Positions 10,637 through 23,108 of a stretch of DNA of 64,000 bases are shown in pieces. Each line of letters opens with the position of its first letter. The stretch's first letter is position 1. Both the position numbers and the translations under genes were made by a program. Source of the DNA: Heterodontus francisci (lineage: Eukaryota); the NCBI RefSeq assembly GCF_036365525.1, contig NC_090393.1, positions 40,215,746 to 40,279,745 of the forward strand. The letters are read 5' to 3'. Below the pieces are notes generated by a model, which was not told the DNA's origin, made no database searches, and saw only the letters and a program-made list of their open reading frames with translations.

Positions 10637-12855
10637 CAAAGAAAAAGGGTGAGGTGGCCAAATCTAGAGCCCCATGGATGTCAAGGAGCTTACAGGGTAA
10701 GATAAAGCAGAAAAGGAAATCTTATGTCCAACACCCAGAACTCAATACTACAGAAAGCCGAGAGGAGTTTAGAAAGTGGAGGGGTGAAATCAAAAAGGAA
10801 ATTAGAAAAGCAAAGAGATGGCATGAAAGAATATTGGCAAGCAAAATCAAGGTAAATCCAAAGATGTTTTATCAATACATTAAGAGTAAGAGGATAACTA
10901 AGGAGAGAGTGGGGCCCATAAAAGACCAAAAAGGTAACCTATGTATAGGAGCGGAAGATATTGGTATGGTTCTTAATGAATACTTTGCGTCTATCTTCAC
11001 AAAAGAGGGGGATGATGCAGATATTGAAGTATTGGATGTAATAAACATAGGGAGAGAGGAAGTATTAATGGGATTAACATCCTTGAAAGTTGATAAATCA
11101 CCAGGGACAGCTGAAATGTATCCTAGGCTGTTAAAAAAAGCAAGAGAGGAAATAGCAGAGGGTCTGACCATCATTTTCCAGGCCTCACTGGATATAGGTG
11201 TGGTGCTGGAGGATTGAAGAATTGCAAATGTTGTACCTCTGTTTAAAAAGGGAGTGAAGGATAGACCGAATAATTACAGGCCAGTCAGTCTAACCTCAAT
11301 GGTGGGCAAATTATTAGAATCTATTCTGAGAGACAGGATAACCTGTCACTTAAAAAGGCATAGGTTAATCAAGGATAGTCAGCATGGATTTGTTAAGGGA
11401 AGATCTTTTTTTACCAACTTGATCGAATTTTTTGAAGAAGTAACAAGGAAGATAGATGAGGGCAGTGCAGTTGATGTGGTCTACATGGATTTTAGCAAGG
11501 CTTTTGACAAGGTCCCACATGGCAGACTGGTTAAAAAAATAAAATTCCATGGGATCCAGGGAAATGCAGCAAGGTGGATACAAAATTGGCTCCGTGGCAG
11601 GTAACAAAGGGTAATTGTTGACTGGTGTTTTAGCATCTGGAGGGCTGTTTCCAGTGGCATTCCGCAGGGCTCAGTACTGGGTCCCCTGCTTTTTGTGGTG
11701 TATATTAATGATCTGGACGTAAATGTAGGGGGCATAATCAGGATGTTTGCAGATGCCACAAAGATTGGCCGTGTGGTACATAGCGAGGAGGATAGTTGCA
11801 GGCTGCAGGAAGATATTGATGGTCTGTTCAGATGGACAGAAAAGTGGCAAATGGAATTCAACTTGGAGAAGTGTGAGCTGATGCATTTGGGGAGGTCAAA
11901 CAAGGCAAAGGAATACACAATTAATGGGATAATTCTGATAAGTGTAAAGGAAGTAAGGGACCTTGGAGTGAATATCCACAGATCCCTGAAAGTAGCAGGA
12001 CAGGTCGATAAGGTGGTTAAGAAGGCATATGGAATCCTTTCCTTTATTAGCTGAGGTATAAATTCAAGAGCAGGGAGGTTATGCTGGAACTGTATAACTC
12101 ACTGGTTAGGCCACAACTTGAGTACTGTGTGCAGTTCTGCTCACTTCATCACAGAAAGGATATAATTTCATTACAGAGGGTACAGAGGAGGTTTAGGAGG
12201 ACGTTGCAAGGACTAGAAATATGCGGCTATGACGAAAGATTGGATAGGCTGGGGTTGTTCTCCTTGGAACAGAGAAAGCTGAGGGGAGATCTGATTGGAA
12301 GTATAAATAGAGCCATTTGAGAAGAATTTGAGAAGGGGCTGGGTTTTCAAAGAACTGCAGGGTTGGGACCTGGTGCGGGCGGGATTTAAAAATCGCGGTT
12401 GCGGAGGTCATCTCGGGATCCCAATCCCTCCAGGACTGTTTGTAATTTTCAAAGGGCCAGTGGAGGGGAGGAAATGTATAAAATTTTGAGGGGCTTGGAT
12501 AGAGTGAAGGTGAAAGGTCTATTCACTTTAGCAGAGAGGTCAGCGATGAGGGGGCATAGATTTAAACTGATTGGTAGAAACATTAGAGGGGAGATGAGGA
12601 AAATCTTTTTAACCCAGAGGGTGGTGATTGTCTGGAACTTGCTGCCTGAAAGGGTAGTTGAGGCAGAGACCTTCAACTCATTCAAAAGGAGTCTGGATAT
12701 GCACCTCAAGTGCCGTAAGCTGCAGGACTACGGACCAAATGCTGGAAGGTGGGATTAGAATAGATGGATCGTTTTTCGGCTGGCACAGACACAATGGGCC
12801 AAGTGGCCTCTTTCTGTGCCTTAAACTTTCTATTATTCTATGATTCTATGATTCT
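10637..12855 (+). mobile_element. CR1 LINE, 5'-truncated, nested in the LTR element
   Basis: ORFs 10654-11217, 11254-11604 (NYRPVSL, DFSKAFD), 11695-12054 (MFADAT), 12081-12320, 12399-12758. Tail (ATTCTATG)n. Host rejoins across TTCT. Confidence 0.95.
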
Positions 12856-13199
12856 AAGATGACCACCTTTGAGGCCTTGTCATTCTTGATATGTTCCGGC
12901 ACCTCAACTTGAAGATCCAACAGATAATGCTTCAATTCATTCCTCCTCTGCCTCCTCAGGGCATTGCGTGTCCATCACCACTCCGCATCTGAAGGTCTTG
13001 GGCTTAAGGTCTAGGACTTGTTGGGGGAGAAGCACTTGGCCTCATGGCAGTACCTGTCCATTCTGACTTGTTGTGGTGCTGACGGTTCTGTAGAGAGCAG
13101 AAGTGAAGGCACGGCATAGTTGTGCTGCTGTTGCTGAGTTTCCAGACTGCACCATTTGATGCTGGCCAGAGTCTGCGAATAGGTTCCGATCCTTGGAGA

Positions 13200-14465
13200 T
13201 TTCCCCTTGGCAATGCTCTCATGGATAGTTATGATATTGAGGTCCTTACATGCTGGTAGTCCTGCCACTGCTGGTCCGCTTGTGTCTACTAGATAGAATG
13301 TGGTTTCTAAGCCGACTTGCTATATCTGCATTGCATTATTAAAGTGCCACTGCAAGGGATGGGTAATCCGTTGTATGCAAATATTTTGGCAATTGTCAGT
13401 TGTATCACTTATCTCCAACGACTCCAGTATATATATTTGACAATTCAGACTAGTAGGATATTTGCACTCACGCTGGTGTCAATCTTGACCTTTAGTGTAT
13501 GTTTGCCAGCTTTCTTTGGGCACATGATGTTAATAGTGGTGAAAGCTTCCAATTGTTGGACTTCATCAATGTGATGCGTCATGTTCACAATTTGGAATGC
13601 CTGTCTGTCTTCTGTCTGAGAACTACTTCTTTCTGCATCTTGTTTCAAGTCTGCTTTGCTGGTAACTTTGTGTATTGGCTTGCATTTACGCTCGTCTCTG
13701 GCACTTTCCTTGCTGCTGCTACCCTGTTGTCTGTTCGTTTGCATCCAACCGTGACTTCTGACTGCGTCTTTGGAGCCAGGATTCCTGCATAAGCGGACCC
13801 AGTGTTCTTTTGCACTGCATGCCTTGCACAGATCATGAAATGCAGGGCAATTGTGCCATGAGTGGGACAGATCGCACTTCCCACACAGCTTGCTTGTTCT
13901 TTTCAGCCTGGTTATGGTGCTGATACTGTTGGTTGCACCTAATGCTGTAGGTGCTGTTATCCAGCTACTATGGCTTCATATTTCCTGCCATCTTCCAGCA
14001 GTGCCTCAATGCTGTGACCTTTCTTTTTCCCCAAGAGGTCTTTCTGGAATGCTCGAATGGGTGTTGATACAATTACCAGCTCCATTATTAGGTCTGACAG
14101 CTCAGCTTCTGAGAAATTGCATTCATTGCCCTTGCTATGGCATCTACTGACAAACTGGTTTATTGATTCCTGTGACTGTTGCCTGTATGACATCAATTCT
14201 AGGCGGTGAATTCTAAAATTCACTCTTAATCTGAGTTGATCTTCCATATCTTAGCGGGATCTTTATGGTGCTGTTCAGATAATCCAGCGGTATTGATTCT
14301 GTGCAATCCCTCATTTCCAAATGCTATCATTAATTTTACAGCTTATTTTTCTAGTTCTAAAGTTACTTGGGCTGTAAAACATAATTGCATTCTCTGTTGG
14401 AACAGTTTGAATTCGGAAAGGATATCCAAGGCTTTCCAGTTCATGCTGGGAAAATTGGTATCCAT
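13200..14465 (-). pseudogene. Disrupted gag-protease of the LTR element
   Basis: MDTNFPSMNW... start at 14465. RQQSQESINQFVSR (gag), CGKC..H..NCPAFHDLCKACSAKEHWVRLC (zinc knuckles), KIDTSVSANIL (aspartic protease DTG-like), GLPACKDLNII. Several stops and frameshifts. Confidence 0.88.
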
Positions 14466-15205
14466 GTTCCTGCTGTTTTTTGCTTTAAAACTTGCTATAA
14501 GACCTGATTCTGTGACTCTGTACTGCTTTACCTTTAAAAAAATTCTCTGATCTTTAGATTGGCTGCTTTGATTAACAGGAGCAGCTTGTCTGTTTATCTG
14601 GCTTCCAGCACTCTAGTCTGTCTGTTTATACACTGTGCAATAGGCATTTCAAGTGCTTTTTAAATTAGGCTTTGTTTATACAGCTGTTTAAGTAGCAATT
14701 CTTCACACTTGAGTGGTTTTATGAGTTTTTAAATGCCAGCTGAGTGAATGAAAACTCTTCAGCATTTGAGTGATTTAATGGTTTATTTTTATAGCTATAG
14801 TTGCGAGCTGCATGAATGGAGGATTCCCATGCTTTTTGCTGTCGGGCACCTCCCGTAATGGCACGGACCTGATCATTGTGGGGGAGCCTTTGAAAACAAT
14901 TGATCAGCCCGAGATAGGGATTGGGTTTTCCCTGATTTTTTCTTTTACTGGGTCTTTTTAAAAAAAAATCAACGTTGCAAGCACCTTAAAGCTTTTTTCA
15001 ACAGGGATTCCTGACTCAGTAATCACAGTGATTAATTTGCAGCCATTCAGTGCTCTGTCTTCTACGGCTTGAGGTAAGTTTCTTCTTTCCCTGTTTGGAC
15101 CAGTTTTTGTTTTAACTTTTTCTCTTTTTGCTGTAGGTAGTTTTTAAAGCTGTTTTCCTATGGTCTTCAATCTTGGATTCTGTTTTCTCACCACAGCTAC
15201 CACCA

Positions 15206-15433
15206 TGTAATGAGAAGCTTTTTATCTTGTCTGGTGTAACATAAATGATATGCTTGAAGTTCAGTTGATTGAATATCTCAAACAGGTTTATTAACACCTA
15301 ACAAGTATATACAGTGCAGAGCTATTTACGTGACTTACCTCTTGATGTTACTGTTACAGAGTGAATCTGGCAAGTCGCTCATTGGCATACTAAGATCTTA
15401 AGGGACATCACTCTTATAGGCAATCACACAACA
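15206..15433 (-). repeat. 5' LTR
   Basis: Homologous to 10120-10378 but ~30 bp shorter. PBS at 15191-15205. Confidence 0.95.
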
Positions 15434-16789
15434 GGGAGGGGTGAGGACATGGAGGGATTTGAAAACAAGGATGAGAATTTTAAAATCAAGGCATTGCTTG
15501 ACCTGGAGCCAATGTAAGTCAGCGAGCACAAGGGTGATAGGGGAATGGGACTTGGTGTGAGTTAAGACATGGACAGCAGAGTTTTAGATGACCCCACGTT
15601 TAAGGGGAGTAGAATGTGGGAGACCAGCCAGGAATGAATTGGAATAGTCAAGTCTAGAGATAACGAAGGCATGAATGAGGGTTTCAGCAGCAGATGAGAC
15701 AGGGGCGAAGTCAGGAGATGTTATGGAGGTGGAAATAGGCGATCTTAGTGATGGCACGAACATGAGGTCAGAAATTCATCTCGAGGTCAAATGTGACACC
15801 AAGGTTGTGAACAGACTGAAATAATCACAAACTGTTGCCAGGGAGAGGGATGTAGTCAGTAGCTAGGGACCAGAGTTTGTAGCGGGGACTGAAAACAATA
15901 GCTTCAGTCTAACTGGGGGAAGTTTCTGCTTATCCAGTACTGGATGTCTGATAAGCAGTCTGACAGTTTAGCAACAGTGAGGAGTTGAGAGAGGTGGTGG
16001 TGAGGTAGAGCTGGGTGTCATCAGTTTACCTGTGAAAACTAACACTGTGCTTTCAGATAATGTCACCAAGGGGCAGCATGTAGATGAGAAATAGGAGAAG
16101 GCCAAGGATAGATCCTTGGGGATATCAGAGGTAACAATGCGGGAGCAGGAAGCTATTGCAAGTGATTCTCTGGCTACGATTAGACAGGTAAGAATGGCAC
16201 CAGGTGAGAGCAGTCCCATACAGCTGAACCATGGTGGAGAGGTGTTGGAGGATGGTGGTGTGGTCAACAGTGTCAAAGGCTGCAGACAGGTTGCAAAGGT
16301 TAGGGAGGGAAAGTTTACCTTTGTACCTTTGTTACAGTCACATAGGATGTCATTTGTGTCTTTGGTAAGAGCTGTTTTGACACTGTGGCAGGGGCAGAAA
16401 CCTGATTGGAGGGATTCAAACATGGAGTTCCTGGAAAGATGAGAATGGATTTGGGAGATGACAACACATTCAAGGACCTTGGAGAGGAAAGGGAGGTTGG
16501 AGATGAGATGGTAATTTGCACGAATGGTGGGGTCAAGGGTTAGGGTTTTGAGGAGTGGGGTGATGATGGAAGATTTAAAGGAGAGAGGTAAAACACCTGA
16601 AGAGAGAGAACCGTTAACAATATCGGCTAACATGGGGACCAAGAGGCGAAGTTGGGTGATCAGCAGTTCAGTGGGAATTGGATCGAGGGAGCAGGACATG
16701 GGTCTCATGGACAGGATGAATTCAGAGAGAACATGAAGGGAACCTTGATAAGTCTAAGTTTATGTAAAAGTTTGTTGCCCATATCCTCT

Positions 16790-17230
16790 CTAACACAAAT
16801 CCCGCTTATCTATTGCCCTCATCAGCACTGACCTACATTAATTTCCCGTTTGCACAGTGAATCAGATTTAAATATGTATAAATCACTCTGTGGTCTCATT
16901 CATTTTTATTTCTGCAGCCTTCTCCACTCGTCCATCCCCAAAAGAACTCACTGTTCCTCAACTTTGGTCTCTTGTGCATCCAGCCTCATTTTGTCCCACC
17001 ATTGGTGGTTGTGCCTTCATCCACCTCAATGCCATTTTCCAGAATTCCCTCCTTAAAACTCTCCAACTCTGTCTCCTGCTTAAAGCACACTTCTTTGACT
17101 AAACTTGCAGTTACAGTTTCCTAATCGCTCCTTCTTCGACTTGATATCCATTATTCCTCATAACTGTGAAGCACATTTAGGATGTTTTTCCACATTAGAG
17201 GCAATCTATAAATGCATGTTGTTAGTGGTT
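16790..17230 (+). mobile_element. Decayed L2 3' end
   Basis: CCACCATTGGTGGTTGTGCCTTC, GAATTCCCTCC, CTGTGAAGCAC...TATAAATGCATGTTGTT tail. Confidence 0.7.
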
Positions 17231-18504
17231 GCGGTGGGATTGCAATGTTAAGCACACAGATTAAATAGATTTAGCCGGAAGGCACTATTTGCTTAGCCAT
17301 AACATGGTTACTTGCACTTTTTAATGAGACTTTTAAAATGTAGTATACCAGATCGCCTTCAGATTTTATACAGAATGGATTTCTGCAGTAGTCTAAAGGT
17401 TCATAAAGCAATATACTCCAACCATTGCTAGTATATAGTTAGACATGGTCGCATACACATAAAAATACAGATTCAGATGGTTCATCATTACCAGAACATC
17501 AACTTTTAGTTATCTTCACTTCAAAAAAATACTTATTTCTTCACACTGAGAAGGAACTGCTTGAACATTCAGAAAAGCAGTCAACTTACTGGAATTAGAA
17601 TAATACCTTTGATGCTATAGAAAAAAAATCAAGTTGTTGGGGGAATGAGTGGAGAACGGGTGGAAAACTGTGACACTTCCTAACCATGACTGATCTGGGA
17701 CAGATATGGGACTGTTCCTTCAGTTTTAAATTCAAAGGAAATTGTAACTAAATTGCATCTTACCCATTGGCTAAATATCAAATTTTATTTACACAAATCT
17801 TGCTATTGTTTGCAGATCAATACTTATGCTGTCAAAGGGCTTTTTGATTGGCTATTTCTGAATGCATAAAATTGACCTCAAACTGACATGGTGGGATATG
17901 CTCTGTAAAATGGATGCTGTAGCTCCAATTGTTTAAACATTTTATACACAGTGTATTTCAGAATAAACCTCGTGTCAAGTTACTTTTTTAATAGTCATTA
18001 GATAGCAGGTCAAATTCTTAAGATTAAAGTTGTATTCCCATATAAAAATATTTTCTGAAACTGATATTTATACACAGTTCCACAGTGAAGTTCATCAATA
18101 TTTTACAAGCTATATAAAGAAAACCTGGGGTTAGAGTCAATTCATAGCTTCAGAAAACACACAGAACTGAATACAGATAAACTCTTTTGCCCTCGTACCA
18201 GCTCCTATTACTGCTTGTAAATGTATAGGATGATAAATCTTCCCATTCACTCCATACCTATCTATTTCATCAACATAACACTGGATTTGTGAGATTTGCA
18301 CCATGTAAACATCGAACATCTATGGGGAAAACTCACAATTCCTGATAATCCTGGTACTGACTGGTTTCTGTGTCTCTCATTGTGTCACATCCTGTACTTG
18401 TTATACTTAGGAAGTTATATGCTAGTTGTAACAAAGGAGCCAAAATTTGGAGTTATGCTGGTGATGGAGCATCCTATTTATTTATTTATTTAATATTTCA
18501 GACA

Positions 18505-18990
18505 AATACAAATTTACAAGAATGTTGCCAGGGCTTGAAAGTTGCAGCTATGAGGAAAGATTGGATCAGCTAGGGTTGTTTTCCTTAGCACAGAGGAGGC
18601 TGAGGGGTGACTTAATTGAGGTGTACAAAATTATGAGGGTCCTACATAGAGTAGGCAGGAAGGACCTGTTTCTCTTAGCGGAAAGGTCAGTTACCAGGGG
18701 GTGTAGGTTTAAGGTGATTGGTAGAAGGATTGGAGGGGACATGAAGAAAAATGTTTTCATCCAGAGTGTGGTAGGTGTCTGGAATTCACTGCCTGGTTCG
18801 GTGGTGGAGGCAGAAACCCACAACTTATTTAAAAGGTACCTGGACCTGTACCTGAAGTGCTGTAACCTGCAAGGCCACAGACCAGGTGCTGGAAGGTGGG
18901 ATTAGATTGGGCGGCTAGTTTTTTCGGCCGGCGCAGACACAATCGGCTGAATGGCCTCTTTCTGTGCCATACCTTTTCTATGGTTCTGTG
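18505..18990 (+). mobile_element. CR1 3' fragment
   Basis: ORF 18522-18905 gives SYEERLDQLGLFSL..RRLRGDLIEVYKIM, plus CR1 3'UTR. Confidence 0.92.
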
Positions 18991-19169
18991 CTTCGAAATG
19001 CCCTAATTTTAATCTCTGCTAACACAATGCATGTCCTGTTGACATAGGAAGCAGAAATTCAATACAAGACCAGCATCAACTTTTTCATGATCTGTAGAAA
19101 CATGAAAAAGTTATAAAAAGGCCATGAAAGCTTTTCTGATTTATGTATTATAACAGAAAATAGTTACAA

Positions 19170-19485
19170 GGCATAAGAATACAAGTATTTTAAGAAACAG
19201 GGACTAGCCAATTGACTCAATAAGCCTTTTGATAGGTTAGATTCAATTACCCGCCTTCTCCTTAGATTTGTCAATCCTTTCTCTCTTCAACAAAAAGCAC
19301 ATCTAATTATCTCAGGTACCATCCTCTAATGTCCACTTAAATTACCTTTATCCGGGTAACTTGTTCAACACATCTATTGTCATTTGGGGGTAAAGATTTG
19401 TCCAACTGACATTTTTACTCCCAACTTCCCAATTTTTAAATTTGTGTCCATTGGTATTTGAGCCCCTTCTCAGTATTGAATAAGT
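19170..19485 (-). mobile_element. Highly decayed CR1-like 3' end
   Basis: CATAAGAA tail-like start. TTGTTCAACACATCTATT and TTTAAATTTGTGTCC match the antisense CR1 ORF2 end. Confidence 0.4.
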
Positions 19486-20016
19486 TACCTGGAATCATTA
19501 TGTGCAATGAACAAAATGTTCAGCGACGTGAGCCTAACATGACTTACTTTAATTACGATAACCAATGCCAGCTGATAGAGAAGGGAAAGCATCCAGTTAG
19601 AGGATGGAATAATGAATCTTTGGGCTGAAGAATTATGGTATTGCAAACAAGATGGAGTCAAATGAACCAAGAAAGAGAAAAGTATTGGGACATATTTATT
19701 TTTAAAGTGTTAGAGCAATAAGACTTGCTGCATAACTACAATACCACACAAAATGAGTTCCTGGTTCCAGGATATAGGAGAGAAAAAAATCTGAAAAGAT
19801 CAGTTTTGGTCTCCTTACTTAAGGAGGGATTATATTTGCATTGGAAGCAGTTCAGAAAAGGTTCACTTGGTTGAATCCTGGGATGAAGGGGTTGTCTTAT
19901 GAGGAAAGGTTGAGAAGGTTGCATATATATTCATTGGAGCTTACAAGAATGAGAGGTGATTTTATTGAAACATATAAAATTCTAAGGGGGCTTGACAGGG
20001 TAGATGCTGAGAGGAT

Positions 20017-20689
20017 CGCTGGAATTTTACACCCCCCAAAGGAGCGGACTGGGGGCAGGGGGGGTGTAAAATTGAGTAGGAGGTAGGGTAGGCTGTTCTC
20101 GATGCCTTCCCACCCCCACTGCAATTTTATCAGGGGCAGCGGCAGTGAGAAACAGCCTGCTCGCCCCAGACCAATCAAGGCCCTTAACTAAAGGGTCTTC
20201 TCCCGCCGCCACTGGTATTTTCCCAACAGTTGGCGGGTGCCTTTGGCCCCCAGAATGCTGCCAGATAAAACCTGGCAGCTTCCTTGTGGGCTGGGGCAGC
20301 CCTCCTGATCGGGCACCCTGTGCTCCACGGAGGGCCACCCTGAAACCCCAACCACCCCCACTAAAATAAAGAACCCCCCCCCCCCAACTGACCACTACCT
20401 TTCTTCCGGAGCCAGCATTCCTCTTGCCGACGATGTTGGATGCAGTCCCAGCAGCTGCCATTGCTCCTGGTGGCACTGCTGAAACTAAGAGCTGCCAGCC
20501 CGCTGATTGGCCAGCAGCTCTTGGAGGCGGGACTTCCTGCCTGAAGGAGGTGGAAGTCCCTCTCAAGACCAATTAATGGCCTGGAGAGCTTAAAGTTCTG
20601 GCATGGCTCCCCAGGCCCGGTGGAGGCGGGCTTGCGCCTGATATTTTGGCCAGTGGGCGGGCCCATATGCCCAATATAAAATTCCGGCC
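20017..20689. mobile_element. Harbinger-type MITE
   Basis: TIRs CGCTGGAATTTTAC / ATAAAATTCCGGCC. Internally homologous to 33336-34106. Cleanly interrupts CR1. Confidence 0.85.
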
Positions 20690-20852
20690 ATTGTTTCCCC
20701 TCATGGGGGAATGTAGAACTAGGAGGTACAGTTTCAGAATTAGGGATCCTCCCATTTAAGACAGAAATGAGGAGGAATTTCTTCTCTCAGAGGGTCATTA
20801 ATCCATGGAATTCCCTACCCCAGAAAGCAGTGGGGGCTTGGTCATTGAATAT

Positions 20853-21928
20853 TGTTACGGTCAAGTGAGGAGGGGGTCCCTCTTGTCCTTCCTCTTATTT
20901 GACCACAACAAGGTTTATTCCTGTTTAAACAGTGATTGTGCTTACTGCCTCCGTGAGTGTTTTACCTTTTACCTTTACTGTGATCTTGAAAGAACCAATC
21001 AGACAGGTTTTCTTGAGTTTCAACAAAAGGTAAGTTTATTATACTTAACAATCTAACCCCGATTTAAAAATAATAAAAAATACACTACACATTCACGCAC
21101 ACTTTCACACGAGAATCACACACACACAACTAGATTACAGAGGGAAGATTGGTGATTGGATTAGAGTCCAGAATCAATGGAATTTAAATACACAGTCTGT
21201 GGAGTGGATGATTCAGTAGTCCTCCGGCAGAAGCTGTATTCTTGAAGTCCTTGGTTAGTCAAAGTGCAGGTGTGGTTGGCCCACTTTTTTCAGGGTTTTC
21301 TTGACAGCAGAATTGTAGTTGGCTCTCTTCCCCTGGTTTCTGGCTGTAGCGGTCTATAGGCTTGGAGGGTCCACAGTCACAGATGGTTTTCAACTTGATA
21401 TTTTCTGCAGAAATAGAGAGAGAGAGAGAGAGAGAAAGGGAAGCACGCAGCCTTCTGTGGCTGCACACGCTGAGTTACTGCTTGTCTCTTTATCCAAGGG
21501 AAACAAAACCAGCTTCCCCTGAGATGGACCGACGGTCACATGACTGCTTCAGGTTTTTTTGGAACCTTCTAATGCAATTCAACATTATGAATTGGCTCCA
21601 CAGGCCCCAGGATTTCAATTTACACTTGGAGGGGGTTCTCTTTCAAAGTCAGTGTGTTAGGATTGCCTTGACTGCCATGCTATGAAACCATTTTAGGTAA
21701 TTCAATCACTTAGAGCAAGCCATTGTCCTGGGTCCATGCTGCTTTAACCTCTGGCTCTGGGTGTATCTTTTGAATACGAAAAGGTATTTCAGATGCAAAT
21801 TGCAATGGTCTTCTTGGCTGCTAGTTTTTTTTAAGTTAACTGCAAGATTTTCTCCATTAAAAGTCTAATGTAAGTTTCCAACTGATTAAATTAAGATTTC
21901 TCATTTGGCATATAGGGTTTTCTTGACA
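20853..21928 (-). mobile_element. Solo LTR
   Basis: TGTTACGG...CTTGACA, 4-bp TSD ATAT, interrupts CR1. Ends are the reverse complement of those of 42587-45814. Confidence 0.9.
21414..21435. repeat. (AG)n microsatellite inside the solo LTR
   Basis: Directly visible. Confidence 0.9.
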
Positions 21929-22137
21929 ATATATTCAAGGCTTTTTGATCTTTGATCTACAAGAGAGTCAACGGTTATGGGGGCAGGCAGGAAAGTGAAG
22001 TTGAGACCAAAATCAGATTAGCCATGATCTTATTGAATGGCTAAGCAGGCTTGAGGGGCCAAAGGGCCTACTCCTGCTCCTATTTCTTATGTTCTTAAGA
22101 TTGGTCTTGGTGAATCAATTGTTCAGATCACCTCTTA

Positions 22138-22338
22138 GCATAGGAACATAGGAACAGGTAAGCTATTTACTCTTAGAGACTGTTCCACCTTTTAAAGAGA
22201 TCGTGGCTGATCTATAACCTAACTCCATATCCCATCATACCTCTCATTAACAAAAATCTATCAGTCGCTGATTTAAAATTATCAATTGAACTAGCATCAA
22301 CTGCTGTTTGTGGAACAGCTCCAAACTTCTATCACCCT
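22138..22338 (-). mobile_element. CR1 3' end fragment
   Basis: CATAGGAACATAGGAACAGG tail; GATCGTGGCTGATCT; AAAAATCTATC. Confidence 0.7.
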
Positions 22339-22438
22339 TTCATCAGTTCTGATGAAAGGTCAATGAACTCTTGTTTCTCTCTCTGCAGATGCTGCTAGAC
22401 CTGCTGAGTATTTCAAAATTTTCAGTTTTTATATTACA
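22336..22438 (+). mobile_element. Penelope-like terminal fragment with an 11-bp fold-back
   Basis: CCTTTCATCAG-TT-CTGATGAAAGG, then CTCTCTCTGCAGATGCTGCTAGACCTGCTGAGTATTTC. Confidence 0.65.
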
Positions 22439-22691
22439 TAGTAATACTTACACTCGACAAAAATCTTTAAGTCAGCAACAGAATGAAGCCAAGTAGTCAT
22501 GTTGAAATGTAAGAATTTGTGAAAGCCCAACAAAATGCTTACATACAATATAATGAAATGAAAGAGAGAGAGAAAGGAAGGCTAAACGATTTTTAAAAAA
22601 AGATTCAGTAGTCTACCGGCTGAAGCTATATTCTTGACAAGGTCAAATTGAAAACTTTTGGGTAGTGTTGTACAATCTATTGGTGCTGTTA

Positions 22692-23108
22692 TTTTTTTAT
22701 TTCTTCAAGGGATGTGGGCGTCACTGGCAAGGCCAGCATTTATTGCCCATCCCTAATTGCCCTTGAGAAACTGAGTGGCTTGCTTGGCCATTTCAGAGGG
22801 CATTTAAGAGTCAACCACATTGCTCTGGGTCTGGAGTCACATGTAGGCCAGACCAGGTGTGGACAGCAGATCTCCTTCCCTAAAGGACATTAGTAAACCA
22901 GATGGGTTTTTACAACATTCAATAATGGTTTCATGGTCACCATTAGACTAGCTGTTTAATTCCAGATTTTTATTATTTTTTTAAATTTATTAATTGAATT
23001 CAGATTTTGCCATCTACCATGGTGGGATTCAAACCCATGTTCCTTGGGCTTTAGCCTGGGCCTCTGGATTACTAGTCCAATGATATTACCACTACACCAC
23101 CACCTCCC
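22692..23108 (-). mobile_element. tRNA-derived SINE (second family), full length
   Basis: On the minus strand: GGGAGGTGGTGGTGTAGTGG A box, GGTTTGAATCC B box, same core as 6273. Tail shared with the LINE ending at 45687. Confidence 0.88.

Larger units (their letters stand above)
10120..15433 (-). mobile_element. Gypsy-like LTR retrotransposon with both LTRs, internally deleted (gag + protease only)
   Basis: Direct repeats 10120-10378 and 15206-15433 (TGT...ACA), 5-bp TSD GGGAG, PBS TGGTGGTAGCTGTGG next to the 5' LTR, PPT GGAAAAAGGGGGA next to the 3' LTR. Confidence 0.95.
9770..16745 (-). mobile_element. L2 LINE (5'-truncated), split by an LTR retrotransposon: 9770-10119 + 15434-16745
   Basis: (TTG)n tail and L2 3' end at 9770-9840. 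ORF 15968-16708 gives SCSLDPIPT, NYHLISNLPFLSKVLE, QSGF. Sequence is continuous across the TSD GGGAG. Confidence 0.92.
19795..22098 (+). mobile_element. CR1 3' fragment split by a MITE and a solo LTR
   Basis: EAVQKRFT...SYEERL...RGDFIETYKILRGLDRVDAER up to 20016. Resumes at 20690-20852 and 21929-22098 with the tail TTCTTATGTTCTTA. Confidence 0.9.
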
